Positions 9,042 to 16,972 of a stretch of DNA of 20,000 nucleotides are shown piece by piece. The notes under the pieces were generated by a model. It saw only the letters and a program-made list of their open reading frames with translations. It was not told where the DNA came from and did no database searches. Source of the stretch: an uncultured virus (IMG/VR IMGVR_UViG_3300042470_001026). Taxonomy: Duplodnaviria; Heunggongvirae; Uroviricota; Caudoviricetes. The position numbers were made by a program, and so were the translations under genes. The DNA lies in the IMG/VR virus record IMGVR_UViG_3300042470_001026; one strand, given 5' to 3'. How positions within the stretch are numbered: the stretch's first letter is position 1; every line of letters begins with the position of its first letter.

Positions 9042-9338
9042 ATGGATATTGTCATGTCTGATGTTAATACTAACAGTAGGCTTGATTCAATTGAAAACAG
9101 ATTAAACTCAATAGAATCAACCCTTCAAAGCGTTACACAAAATTTCCATAAATTATACGTTGCTGTAGTTGGTGATGAAAAATTTCATCAAGAGGGAATT
9201 GTGCACCGTATTAAAGATTTAGAATTAGAGGTTGATAAATTGACAAAAATCAGACTTAAACTTGCTGGAATATTTATAGGCAGTGGAGCAGTTTGGGCAA
9301 TTGTTTGGGAATTTTTAAGAAAATTTATAGTTAAGTAA
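9042..9338 (+). CDS. Hypothetical coiled-coil protein with a C-terminal transmembrane helix
   Basis: Heptad-like RLDSIENRLNSIESTL and a hydrophobic LAGIFIGSGAVWAIVWEFL segment. TAATG coupling to the next gene. Confidence 0.7.
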   Translation: MDIVMSDVNTNSRLDSIENRLNSIESTLQSVTQNFHKLYVAVVGDEKFHQEGIVHRIKDLELEVDKLTKIRLKLAGIFIGSGAVWAIVWEFLRKFIVK

Positions 9339-9739
9339 TGCCAGCACCAGCAGCATCATCCGCAGCTACCTCCGCAGCCACAAAAGGGGCTGGAGCAGCA
9401 AACGTTGCATCCGCTATTGGAGAGGTTGGCTCTGTTGCCATTTCTGCTATTTCTCAAATCAATGATGTAAACAAGAGAAGAAAGTTTGAACAAAACTTTG
9501 CACAGCTTACTCTTGACCAACAAAAGGGTTTGGAAATAAAACTAATTGAAGCAAAATCTCAAACTGAAAAGCTAGCTGTTTTAGGTCAATATTTGACTCA
9601 GCTAAATGCACAAAGAATTGCAAATCTTGCTGGGTTCTATTCTGATAAAGAGAAATCTAAAAGAACTATGCTATTAGTCCTAGCTGGTGGTGTAGCTGTT
9701 TTGGCTATAGTAACATTAATCGTATTAAAAAAGAAATAG
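9338..9739 (+). CDS. Ala/Gly-rich membrane-anchored protein, putative virion protein (paralog A)
   Basis: Ala/Ser-rich N-terminus, helical core, and a C-terminal TM segment followed by KKK. Confidence 0.75.
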   Translation: MPAPAASSAATSAATKGAGAANVASAIGEVGSVAISAISQINDVNKRRKFEQNFAQLTLDQQKGLEIKLIEAKSQTEKLAVLGQYLTQLNAQRIANLAGFYSDKEKSKRTMLLVLAGGVAVLAIVTLIVLKKK

Positions 9740-9740
9740 T

Positions 9741-10094
9741 ATGCCCTTACCATTAGTAGCGATAGCAGCAGCAGTTTCAGCAGCAGCTTCAGTTGGTGGA
9801 GCAGTTAAGGGGGGTATAGATGCTGATAAGAAAAGGAATATTGAGCAACAGTTAACCTTTTTGAATAATGACCAAAAACTGAAACTAGAAAAACAGTTAA
9901 GAGAGGCTAAAAGCGAAGAGGAAAGGCTCAAGATTTTGGGAGATACTCTAAACGTCATCGCAGCAGCAAGAGTTCAAGGTCTTTCTGTGGTTCAGGTTGA
10001 AAAAGAAAAAACAAAGAAACAGTTGCTAATTGTTGGAATAGTGGCAGCTTCATTACTTGTTATTACTGTACTTTTTATATCAAGAAAGAAATAA
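9741..10094 (+). CDS. Ala/Gly-rich membrane-anchored protein, putative virion protein (paralog B)
   Basis: Aligns by eye without gaps to 9338..9739. C-terminal TM segment followed by RKK. Confidence 0.75.
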   Translation: MPLPLVAIAAAVSAAASVGGAVKGGIDADKKRNIEQQLTFLNNDQKLKLEKQLREAKSEEERLKILGDTLNVIAAARVQGLSVVQVEKEKTKKQLLIVGIVAASLLVITVLFISRKK

Positions 10095-10095
10095 A

Positions 10096-10461
10096 ATGGC
10101 TTTAGAAAAAGACATGGCACTCACACCAGAGAAGAAGCAACTCTTAGTTGGACAAGTTGAACTTGAAATTGAAAACATAAACAAGGCAATTCGTGACGGT
10201 GGATTGACTTCTGGTGTTTTAGAGGCTGTTAAATCAAACAGAGACTCCCTTCAAAAAGTTCTAAATAAGCTATTTGAGAAAAAGGGTGTAATTACTCCAC
10301 AAGAAACGAACTCCACTTTATTTGCTATAGATAAGTCAAAAAATCAAAGGCTTCAGACTGATTATAAAAGAAATATGAAGCGTGTATTATTATTTGGAGG
10401 CTTATTATTAGCTTTAGGAGTGGGTTATACCCTATTTATGAGGTCAAAAAACAGACAATGA
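10096..10461 (+). CDS. Hypothetical helical protein with a C-terminal TM anchor
   Basis: ATG at 10096 just after the upstream TAA. Hydrophobic segment VLLFGGLLLALGVGYTLF. Confidence 0.72.
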   Translation: MALEKDMALTPEKKQLLVGQVELEIENINKAIRDGGLTSGVLEAVKSNRDSLQKVLNKLFEKKGVITPQETNSTLFAIDKSKNQRLQTDYKRNMKRVLLFGGLLLALGVGYTLFMRSKNRQ

Positions 10462-10796
10462 ATACTACTTGGAAAAAAATATTATTGATTTTTGGTGGAG
10501 GTTACATCATTTATTGGACTTTCACTAAAATCAGACCCTTTGCTGGAAGCACTAAAACCCCTAAATCAGAAAAATCTACTGGCGGGGAAAAGTCATTTTC
10601 AGGTAGTGAGGAACAGAATAAAAATGCCATGATGGTGTTGAGAGCATACCAGATGGCAAAAAGGAATGGTGAGTCTAAAGAGTTTTTGGCTGAACTCAAT
10701 CAAGAAACTGCTAAAGAGTTTGGCTTAAAAGTAATGAACGACAAGGGGTCTGGAAAGTGCTTTGTTGTTGATATGAATGGCAGTAAAGTGTTATAA
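10458..10796 (+). CDS. Hypothetical protein with an N-terminal TM anchor
   Basis: KKILLIFGGGYIIYWTF. ATGA overlap with the previous gene. Confidence 0.72.
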   Translation: MNTTWKKILLIFGGGYIIYWTFTKIRPFAGSTKTPKSEKSTGGEKSFSGSEEQNKNAMMVLRAYQMAKRNGESKEFLAELNQETAKEFGLKVMNDKGSGKCFVVDMNGSKVL

Positions 10797-10798
10797 TA

Positions 10799-11314
10799 AT
10801 GGCAGTATCTCCAGTAACTAGTACAATATCCCCGACCATAAGTGTTAGCTTTCCTTCAGGAATATCTGGAGTAGGTATCACTTATAATCAGTTTTTAAAC
10901 AGTTTGGGTAAGTATAATTATGGCGCGGAGTTTTTTTACCTTTCATCCACTTCATTTACTCAAGTAGGTCAGCCAGTTTTCTACAATCATTTTGATGCAA
11001 ATGGTAACTCAATTACTACGTTTATACCTTTTGCTGTAGACCCTTATCAGGCTCAGCCATCAATATTTTATGAGGTTAATTCTGATGAGATTATTATAAC
11101 TGATTTAAGTTCAATGAAACTTATTGTTGAGGCTGGAACAACCCTCTACTTCAAGTTTTTTGCAACAATTACTTATTTAGGCAATGAACTTGACGATAGA
11201 CGTGACGATACTGGGTTTGATTTGTTTACTGAAATAGAGAAAAGGGAAAGCATGAACTTCTTTTCTGGCTACTGTGATTACCTAATTGACGAAGTTTTGG
11301 ACTATGGCAATTAA
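10799..11314 (+). CDS. Hypothetical beta-rich protein, putative structural (capsid-related) protein
   Basis: 171-aa ORF in the operon, low in Lys/Arg, with alternating aromatic/hydrophobic strands and the motifs TYNQFL, DANGN and DPYQxQ. The function is inferred. Confidence 0.55.
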   Translation: MAVSPVTSTISPTISVSFPSGISGVGITYNQFLNSLGKYNYGAEFFYLSSTSFTQVGQPVFYNHFDANGNSITTFIPFAVDPYQAQPSIFYEVNSDEIIITDLSSMKLIVEAGTTLYFKFFATITYLGNELDDRRDDTGFDLFTEIEKRESMNFFSGYCDYLIDEVLDYGN

Positions 11315-12383
11315 AAAGCAACTTATACAATTTGTTGTTGTTAACAGCACTGGCTGTGGATTTGACATGCCTTTGTTTCAGCAGAATGTATATTCAATTA
11401 ATGCTACGACTAAATACTCTTGGGATATTACGGGTGAAGACATTAGTTGCGGAACTGGTAGTTTGGTAATTAATGGAGTAACATACAATTTTACTTATAC
11501 TGCTTCAAGTCTTACTTCATTACTTGATAGCCTAAATCTGCTTGGATTTGGCTTTTTCTGCTCTGAAGTAATAGGTGGTAATACTTACATATATACTACT
11601 GATGATACTAATACTTATGGTATATTAACTCTTTGTGGAGCTACGACTACAACTACTACGACTACAACAACCGCAGCTCCTACCACTACTACTACGACCA
11701 CAACTAGTACAACAACATCGGCTCCTACTACCACAACGACTACTAGTACAACTACGGCAGCTCCAACTACGACCACAACGACTACTAGTACGACTACCGC
11801 AGCTCCAACTACGACTACAACAACGACTAGTACGACTACTGAAGCTCCAACTACGACTACAACAACGACTAGTACGACTACTGAAGCTCCAACTACGACT
11901 ACAACGACTAGTACGACTACTGAAGCTCCGACTACGACTACAACGACTTCAACCACGACTGAAGCTCCAACTACGACTACAACGACTAGTACGACTACTG
12001 AAGCTCCGACTACGACTACAACGACTTCAACCACGACTGAAGCTCCGACTACGACTACAACGACTTCAACCACGACTGAAGCTCCAACTACGACTACAAC
12101 GACTAGTACGACTACTGAAGCTCCGACTACGACTACAACGACTTCAACCACGACTGAAGCTCCGACTACCACTACCACGACTTCAACGACAACATTATCA
12201 GTTAGCTGTACAGAATATACGGTTACTGGAACTCCATCAATCAGTATAGAATGGTTTGATTGTGGTGGAGCTTTCTTTACCCAAACTGTAGGAGCTAGTC
12301 CATTAGTTATTTGTGCCGAGACTGGTACAGTAAATCAGACTGGTGGAAGCGGCTCAATAACAGCAGGAGCTTCTTGTCCATAA
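11304..12383 (+). CDS. Mucin-like Thr-rich repeat protein, 359 aa (putative virion spike/fibre)
   Basis: Cys-containing N-terminal domain, a 184-aa (E/A/S)AP-T6-8-S-T3 repeat stalk, and a 4-Cys C-terminal domain. No evident signal peptide or TM helix. Confidence 0.85.
   Translation: MAIKKQLIQFVVVNSTGCGFDMPLFQQNVYSINATTKYSWDITGEDISCGTGSLVINGVTYNFTYTASSLTSLLDSLNLLGFGFFCSEVIGGNTYIYTTDDTNTYGILTLCGATTTTTTTTTTAAPTTTTTTTTSTTTSAPTTTTTTSTTTAAPTTTTTTTSTTTAAPTTTTTTTSTTTEAPTTTTTTTSTTTEAPTTTTTTSTTTEAPTTTTTTSTTTEAPTTTTTTSTTTEAPTTTTTTSTTTEAPTTTTTTSTTTEAPTTTTTTSTTTEAPTTTTTTSTTTEAPTTTTTTSTTTLSVSCTEYTVTGTPSISIEWFDCGGAFFTQTVGASPLVICAETGTVNQTGGSGSITAGASCP
11643..12194 (+). repeat. Coding tandem repeat: 13 units of 39-45 bp preceded by a Thr run
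   Basis: GAAGCTCC starts at 11841, 11883, 11922, 11961, 12000, 12039, 12078, 12117 and 12156 (39-bp period from 11883). Four more diverged AAP/SAP units lie upstream. Confidence 0.97.
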
Positions 12384-12409
12384 TAAAACCATAAAAATGA
12401 TAAGATTCA

Positions 12410-13393
12410 ATGAATACAAAAAAACCACTTACGCTAATATGCGTACAACCGTGTATAGAATATTATGCATGGCAAGTTGAGGTAATGCTAACAAACTTTG
12501 AAGCGTACAAGCTTCATCAAGAATTTAATATAGTTTGTTTATTTGCATATAATAAGAATGAGAAAGATTGGAGAGAAAAGGTTTCTATCATAAAAAAGGT
12601 AGAATTCCGCTTCAGCGACGTAGCTGACTTTTTCTATTATCAAGATACTAGGCAGTACCCCATACAGTACATAAGCTCAATAAGACCAAACATTCTTAAG
12701 CAATACTTCAAGGAATATCCAGAGGTGGCTAGAAATCCCGTGTTTTATCATGATTGTGACATTGTATTCACTCAATCACCTTTTTTTCTTTACAACCTTT
12801 TAGACAACGATAATAAATGGTATGTTTCAGATACCAAGTCTTACATCGGTTACAATTATATAGTTTCTAAGGGTAATGATGTGTTAGACAAGATGTGTCA
12901 AATCGTAGGATTACATCCTTTTTTCATTAAAGCAAGAGAAGAGCAGTCTGGTGGTGCTCAATATCTTATGAAAGGTGTAGACTGGCAATTTTTTGAAAAA
13001 ATGGAGAAGGATTGTGAAAGGCTTTTTTCAGAAATTACAGTTTTAAATAACACAAAAAAAAGCTTAGACCCCAGCTACCATGAATTACAAATTTGGTGTG
13101 CTGATATGTGGGCAATTTTATGGGGGGCTTGGGCTAGGGGATATGACACACAAATAATTAATGAGCTAAATTTTATATGGGCAACTGATAAAAAAGAGAA
13201 TTTAAACAAGCACTATATATATCATAACGCTGGTGTTACTCATCAGATGTCTAAAACTCATTTTTTCAAAGCAGATTTTAGAACAAAGCTTCCTTATGAC
13301 CCATTTGAAAATGAATACATAACAGATACAGCTAGTTATTTTTACTTTCAAATAATTCAATCAATAGGTAAAAATTCTTGTCTTTATGAATAA
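12410..13393 (+). CDS. GT-A fold glycosyltransferase resembling GT95/GT96 protein O-glycosyltransferases
   Basis: YYAWQVEVM, YISSIRPxxLKQYF, DxD motif FYHDCDIVF, IWCADMWA and IYHNAG. Confidence 0.65.
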   Translation: MNTKKPLTLICVQPCIEYYAWQVEVMLTNFEAYKLHQEFNIVCLFAYNKNEKDWREKVSIIKKVEFRFSDVADFFYYQDTRQYPIQYISSIRPNILKQYFKEYPEVARNPVFYHDCDIVFTQSPFFLYNLLDNDNKWYVSDTKSYIGYNYIVSKGNDVLDKMCQIVGLHPFFIKAREEQSGGAQYLMKGVDWQFFEKMEKDCERLFSEITVLNNTKKSLDPSYHELQIWCADMWAILWGAWARGYDTQIINELNFIWATDKKENLNKHYIYHNAGVTHQMSKTHFFKADFRTKLPYDPFENEYITDTASYFYFQIIQSIGKNSCLYE

Positions 13394-13613
13394 GATTAGA
13401 GAGATAGTCCAGTCGTATGCTAGGATGGTCAATCCGACTGAAGAACAAAAAAAGATTGCAGAAATAAGACTAAATACGTGTGTTGGGTGTGAGGAGTTCT
13501 CTAAAAATGCAGTCGGGTTACATTATTGTAAAAAGTGTGGATGTGCCACAAAAGCTAAAATATTTTCTCCCAGAGGAATGCAAGCGTGTCCTCTAAATAA
13601 ATGGTTTATATAA
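13386..13613 (+). CDS. Small Cys-rich protein (DUF6171-like)
   Basis: RLxxCxxC...CxxCGC...K...CPLNKW. Confidence 0.7.
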   Translation: MNKIREIVQSYARMVNPTEEQKKIAEIRLNTCVGCEEFSKNAVGLHYCKKCGCATKAKIFSPRGMQACPLNKWFI

Positions 13614-13623
13614 AAAATTCAAC

Positions 13624-14142
13624 ATGCCCTACAGTTACAGCCTTTTTAAAAATGAAATAAGAAATCACATAGTGGATAATTTCCCTAAAGAAACTAAAAT
13701 TCTTGATGTAGGTGCTGGTTCAGGTACTTATGGTTCTATGTTGAACCCACATTACAAAAGTATAGAGGCTGTAGAAATCTTCCCTAACTATATACAGATG
13801 TTCAATCTAGAACAGATATACGAAAAAGTACACATAGCTAACGTAATGGAGTTTCCTTTATTTGATTATGAATACATTATCATGGGAGACATACTCGAAC
13901 ATCTTTCTGTGCACGATGCTCAAACCTTACTCAATAAAATTCACTACGATTTGAAACTTAAAATGCTTATAGCAGTACCTTATCAATATGAGCAAGGAGA
14001 AGAATTTGGAAACGTACATGAAACACACCATCAGCCAGATTTAACTGTAGGGATTATGTATCAGCGGTACCCCATGCTTCGGCTTTTATACGGGGATGAC
14101 AAGTACGGATACTACATAAATTATGTTCCCCCAATAAAGTGA
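13624..14142 (+). CDS. Class I SAM-dependent methyltransferase
   Basis: ILDVGAGSGTYG, AVEIF and GDILEHL. Confidence 0.88.
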   Translation: MPYSYSLFKNEIRNHIVDNFPKETKILDVGAGSGTYGSMLNPHYKSIEAVEIFPNYIQMFNLEQIYEKVHIANVMEFPLFDYEYIIMGDILEHLSVHDAQTLLNKIHYDLKLKMLIAVPYQYEQGEEFGNVHETHHQPDLTVGIMYQRYPMLRLLYGDDKYGYYINYVPPIK

Positions 14143-14816
14143 AAATACCCATAATAATAAACAACAGAAATAGGCTCACCACTACTAAAAATATGGTGGA
14201 AAAGCTTCTTTTTCTCAATCCAGATGAACAAATAGTCATACTGGATAACAAATCAACCTACCCTCCCTTGTTAAGCTGGTACGATAGCATTCAAGGCAGT
14301 GTAGAGGTCAGGAGGCTGAAAAATGAAGGACATTTAGCGTTTTGGGGGATTGGCATGGACAAAGAGGTTGGGGAATTCTTTGTTTACACCGATTCTGACT
14401 TACAGCTGGATGAAAATTTTCCGAAAGACTGGAAGGAACAAATGCTGTACTTGATTAGAAAATACGAAATCAATAAAGTAGCTCTTGCAATAAGAATAGA
14501 CGATTTACCAGACCATTATCGCTACCGAAATCAGGTTAAGCGTAACGAAGGTCGCTGGTGGCTTCAAGAGGTAGAACAAGGGGTGTTTAAAGCCGATACG
14601 GACACCACTTTTGCCCTAATGAGAAACATTCACGACAACTGCTTTCCCAGCTTAAGGGTGGCTAAAAACGGCTTTATTTGCCGTCATGTTCCATTTTATA
14701 TAGACTTAGATAATCTTGACCCAGAAGAGCAATATTATTTGGATAATCACGATAGCCGTAAAATAACCCAATACACCAAGCAGCACATAAACCCAGAGAT
14801 ATATGGCGATATCTGA
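14139..14816 (+). CDS. Glycosyltransferase, GT2-like (GT-A fold)
   Basis: IPIIINNRNR, IVILDNKST and the DxD motif YTDSD. GTG start overlaps the upstream TGA. Confidence 0.78.
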   Translation: MKIPIIINNRNRLTTTKNMVEKLLFLNPDEQIVILDNKSTYPPLLSWYDSIQGSVEVRRLKNEGHLAFWGIGMDKEVGEFFVYTDSDLQLDENFPKDWKEQMLYLIRKYEINKVALAIRIDDLPDHYRYRNQVKRNEGRWWLQEVEQGVFKADTDTTFALMRNIHDNCFPSLRVAKNGFICRHVPFYIDLDNLDPEEQYYLDNHDSRKITQYTKQHINPEIYGDI

Positions 14817-15651
14817 TTCATCAACTATCCTACAAACTCCCCAAGTTTCAGCTGTAATGTGTACTTATGGTCGGTTTTCTTGCGTGGAAAGGGCTATTAA
14901 CTTCTTTTTAGCTCAAACCTACCCGAACAAGGAGCTTATTGTCTACAATACAGATACCGATAGCCCTTATTTAGACCCAAATTGCGACCTAACACCATAC
15001 GGCGTGGTAATTATCAACTCAAACCGAGATACTATAACAAAAGAATCATATACAAACGTAGGGGCTATCCGTAGGGATGCCCTAATATTTGCTTCAGGAG
15101 ACTATGTGGTTACTTGGGATGACGATGACATATTTTTGCCATACTTTATGGAGCAAGCCGTTGAACGTATGCAGCAGACGGGTTTGCCCTCTTTTAAACC
15201 AGAAAAGTCTTTCTTTTATGCTAGTAACAATTTGAGATTGGTTAAAAATACCCTTGAGGCTTCGGTTGTGGCTAGTATGGAAAAAGTAAAAGAATATGGC
15301 TACCGACTTGAAACTGGATATGAAGGGTTAGGCTGGTATACCAAACTACGGGATAATCGGGAGCTAGACGAGAATGACCCTTACTTCGTGCCTAGTTATT
15401 GCTTTAACTGGAATGATGGTCAGGAAATGAAAGCACCCCATAAACAGTCGGGGGACATAAATAACCCAGATAATTTTCAAAATCATAAAAAGCAGTCCCT
15501 AGATAGGGTAGACGGTAGAGTAATTTCGATTTGGGATGAAAAAAAATTGAGGGAAACCTACGAACCTTATATTGAGTACTTCAATAATAACGTAGCAGAT
15601 TTCCCTCCAGAACTGGTCGAAAAATACCTAGTCCCGTTTATAAAACGATAG
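14803..15651 (+). CDS. Glycosyltransferase family 2
   Basis: VSAVMCTYGR, LAQTYPNKELIV and GDYVVTWDDDD. Confidence 0.88.
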   Translation: MAISDSSTILQTPQVSAVMCTYGRFSCVERAINFFLAQTYPNKELIVYNTDTDSPYLDPNCDLTPYGVVIINSNRDTITKESYTNVGAIRRDALIFASGDYVVTWDDDDIFLPYFMEQAVERMQQTGLPSFKPEKSFFYASNNLRLVKNTLEASVVASMEKVKEYGYRLETGYEGLGWYTKLRDNRELDENDPYFVPSYCFNWNDGQEMKAPHKQSGDINNPDNFQNHKKQSLDRVDGRVISIWDEKKLRETYEPYIEYFNNNVADFPPELVEKYLVPFIKR

Positions 15652-16021
15652 ACTCTAACTCTTCGGCTACCCGTAAGGCTTTTACTTGGACAGCACCGTT
15701 GATTATATCGTTTATAAATTCCCTGAAGTTTTTATTGTTTAGGTAATATTCTTGTATTTTTTTCATACCTAATGTCGAATTACCCGAAATCTCAAGAATA
15801 GCTCTCCTTTCTTCGTTACCGTCAGTGATTGTGAAAATAAAATTAGGGCTTGGCTCTAAATGTTTCTCAATGACTTCTTCGCTTACTTGACTCAAGCCAG
15901 TTGAAATGTCATAAACTTCTATGGTTTTTTGTTTTTTGGGTCTTCCTCTTTTACCCTTTGGTTTACTTACTATTGTTTCTGTTTTTCTGGGTCTTCCACG
16001 ACCTCTTTTTTTTGCTTCCAT
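15638..16021 (-). CDS. AT-hook DNA-binding protein
   Basis: Two AT-hook motifs, KKRGRGRPRK and KRGRPKK. Start set at the ATG at 16021. Confidence 0.7.
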   Translation of the reverse strand: MEAKKRGRGRPRKTETIVSKPKGKRGRPKKQKTIEVYDISTGLSQVSEEVIEKHLEPSPNFIFTITDGNEERRAILEISGNSTLGMKKIQEYYLNNKNFREFINDIINGAVQVKALRVAEELESIVL

Positions 16022-16053
16022 TTTAGTTGTTTTTGTTATCAATATTTAGCTTC

Positions 16054-16971
16054 TTATTCAGCTTCCTCTGGTATGTCAGGAAGGGCATTAAATGTGTTTA
16101 TAGCAGAAGTTTGCTTGACTGGGGATATCTTCTTGCCATCTACTATTTTTATGGTGTTGTCTTCATCAAGCTGTAGGATAGCTCCCCCTTCAAATCGGTT
16201 ATCCATCTCAATAGCCTTGTTACCGTAGTAATCTTTGGGTAGCATTTTAGATAGTTGCATGAGGGCTGTCTTCTTAACCATCCACATATTGGGGTCTTTT
16301 TTATCATTAAAGTACAGCTCATTATTATATCTGGATAGGGCTTGAATTTTGATAATATCACCTTTTGATAGCACACAGAACTGGTAATCGCCTGATTTGA
16401 GCTTGGCTACTGCATAGACAAACTTCAGGGTCTCAGCGTTTCTAGGCACCGAAAAGTTGGGCTTATGTATGATATTTGGCTCCAGACCGTAAATCGGTTC
16501 GAATTCATCTCCTTCATACACGCACTCCGTATGCACTTTGGTAACCTCTCCAGAGCGAAGAATGATATTAACTAGCCCCTTATAGCCTATCATGGGCGTT
16601 ACTGACATTTTCCCGTCAATCCGTCTGGGAATGAGGTAAAACTGACCCAGCATATCAGAGGGGATAAGACCGATTTCTGCCCCCGCTAGGATTGAAGCAA
16701 ACATAGAGCTAGGGTTCTCTAAAAAGGCTTGCTGGAGCTTCTCATTCTTTTTTATTTCAGATAGGACAATCTGGACAAATTGAGCTGGCTCAATGTTGTG
16801 CTTCTTCAGAAGGTCTGGTAAAACGTTCTGTTTGTAGTTGTCTAAATACTGTCCGAATCTTTGAGAGGCGGTAAGAGGTTTTGCTTTTTCTAAGACTTGT
16901 GCTTTTTCTTGCTCTTGTTGTAGTGGTAATTCGGTTTGTTGTTCTTTTGATGGTTTTTTTTCTGATTTCAT
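16054..16971 (-). CDS. recT: RecT-family single-strand annealing recombinase
   Basis: GL.P...LGQFYLIP, IGYKGLVNIILRSG, VYEGDEF, YAVAKLK and MVKKTAL..L.K.LP. Confidence 0.92.
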   Translation of the reverse strand: MKSEKKPSKEQQTELPLQQEQEKAQVLEKAKPLTASQRFGQYLDNYKQNVLPDLLKKHNIEPAQFVQIVLSEIKKNEKLQQAFLENPSSMFASILAGAEIGLIPSDMLGQFYLIPRRIDGKMSVTPMIGYKGLVNIILRSGEVTKVHTECVYEGDEFEPIYGLEPNIIHKPNFSVPRNAETLKFVYAVAKLKSGDYQFCVLSKGDIIKIQALSRYNNELYFNDKKDPNMWMVKKTALMQLSKMLPKDYYGNKAIEMDNRFEGGAILQLDEDNTIKIVDGKKISPVKQTSAINTFNALPDIPEEAE

Positions 16972-16972
16972 A

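Noticed and set aside
9042..9338. Holin or lysis cassette
   Set aside because: A single TM helix is compatible with a holin, but no endolysin or spanin is recognisable nearby, so the call is unsupported.
4734..11303. Longer N-terminal extensions given by the ORF track (starts at 4734, 7108, 9006, 10057, 11286)
   Set aside because: They overlap neighbouring genes or promoter gaps. Downstream ATGs (4848, 7069, 8907, 10096, 11304) fit the domain starts and gene packing better.
11841..12194. Possible CRISPR array (39-bp periodicity, with a Cas4-like gene in the window)
   Set aside because: The units are contiguous with no unique spacers and lie in frame within a CDS. No cas1, cas2 or effector genes are present.
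11615..12249. Poly-Val ORF on the - strand (11615..12178) and Leu/Gln/Arg ORF on the + strand (11635..12249)
   Set aside because: These are shadow frames of the ACN-codon repeat. Variation between units is synonymous in the Thr frame, which also has proper flanking domains.
1..16021. Eukaryotic or giant-virus origin, suggested by the SET, AT-hook, mucin-like and GT95/96-like genes
   Set aside because: Operon-style ATGA/TAATG coupling, a GTG start and RecT all point to prokaryotic translation.
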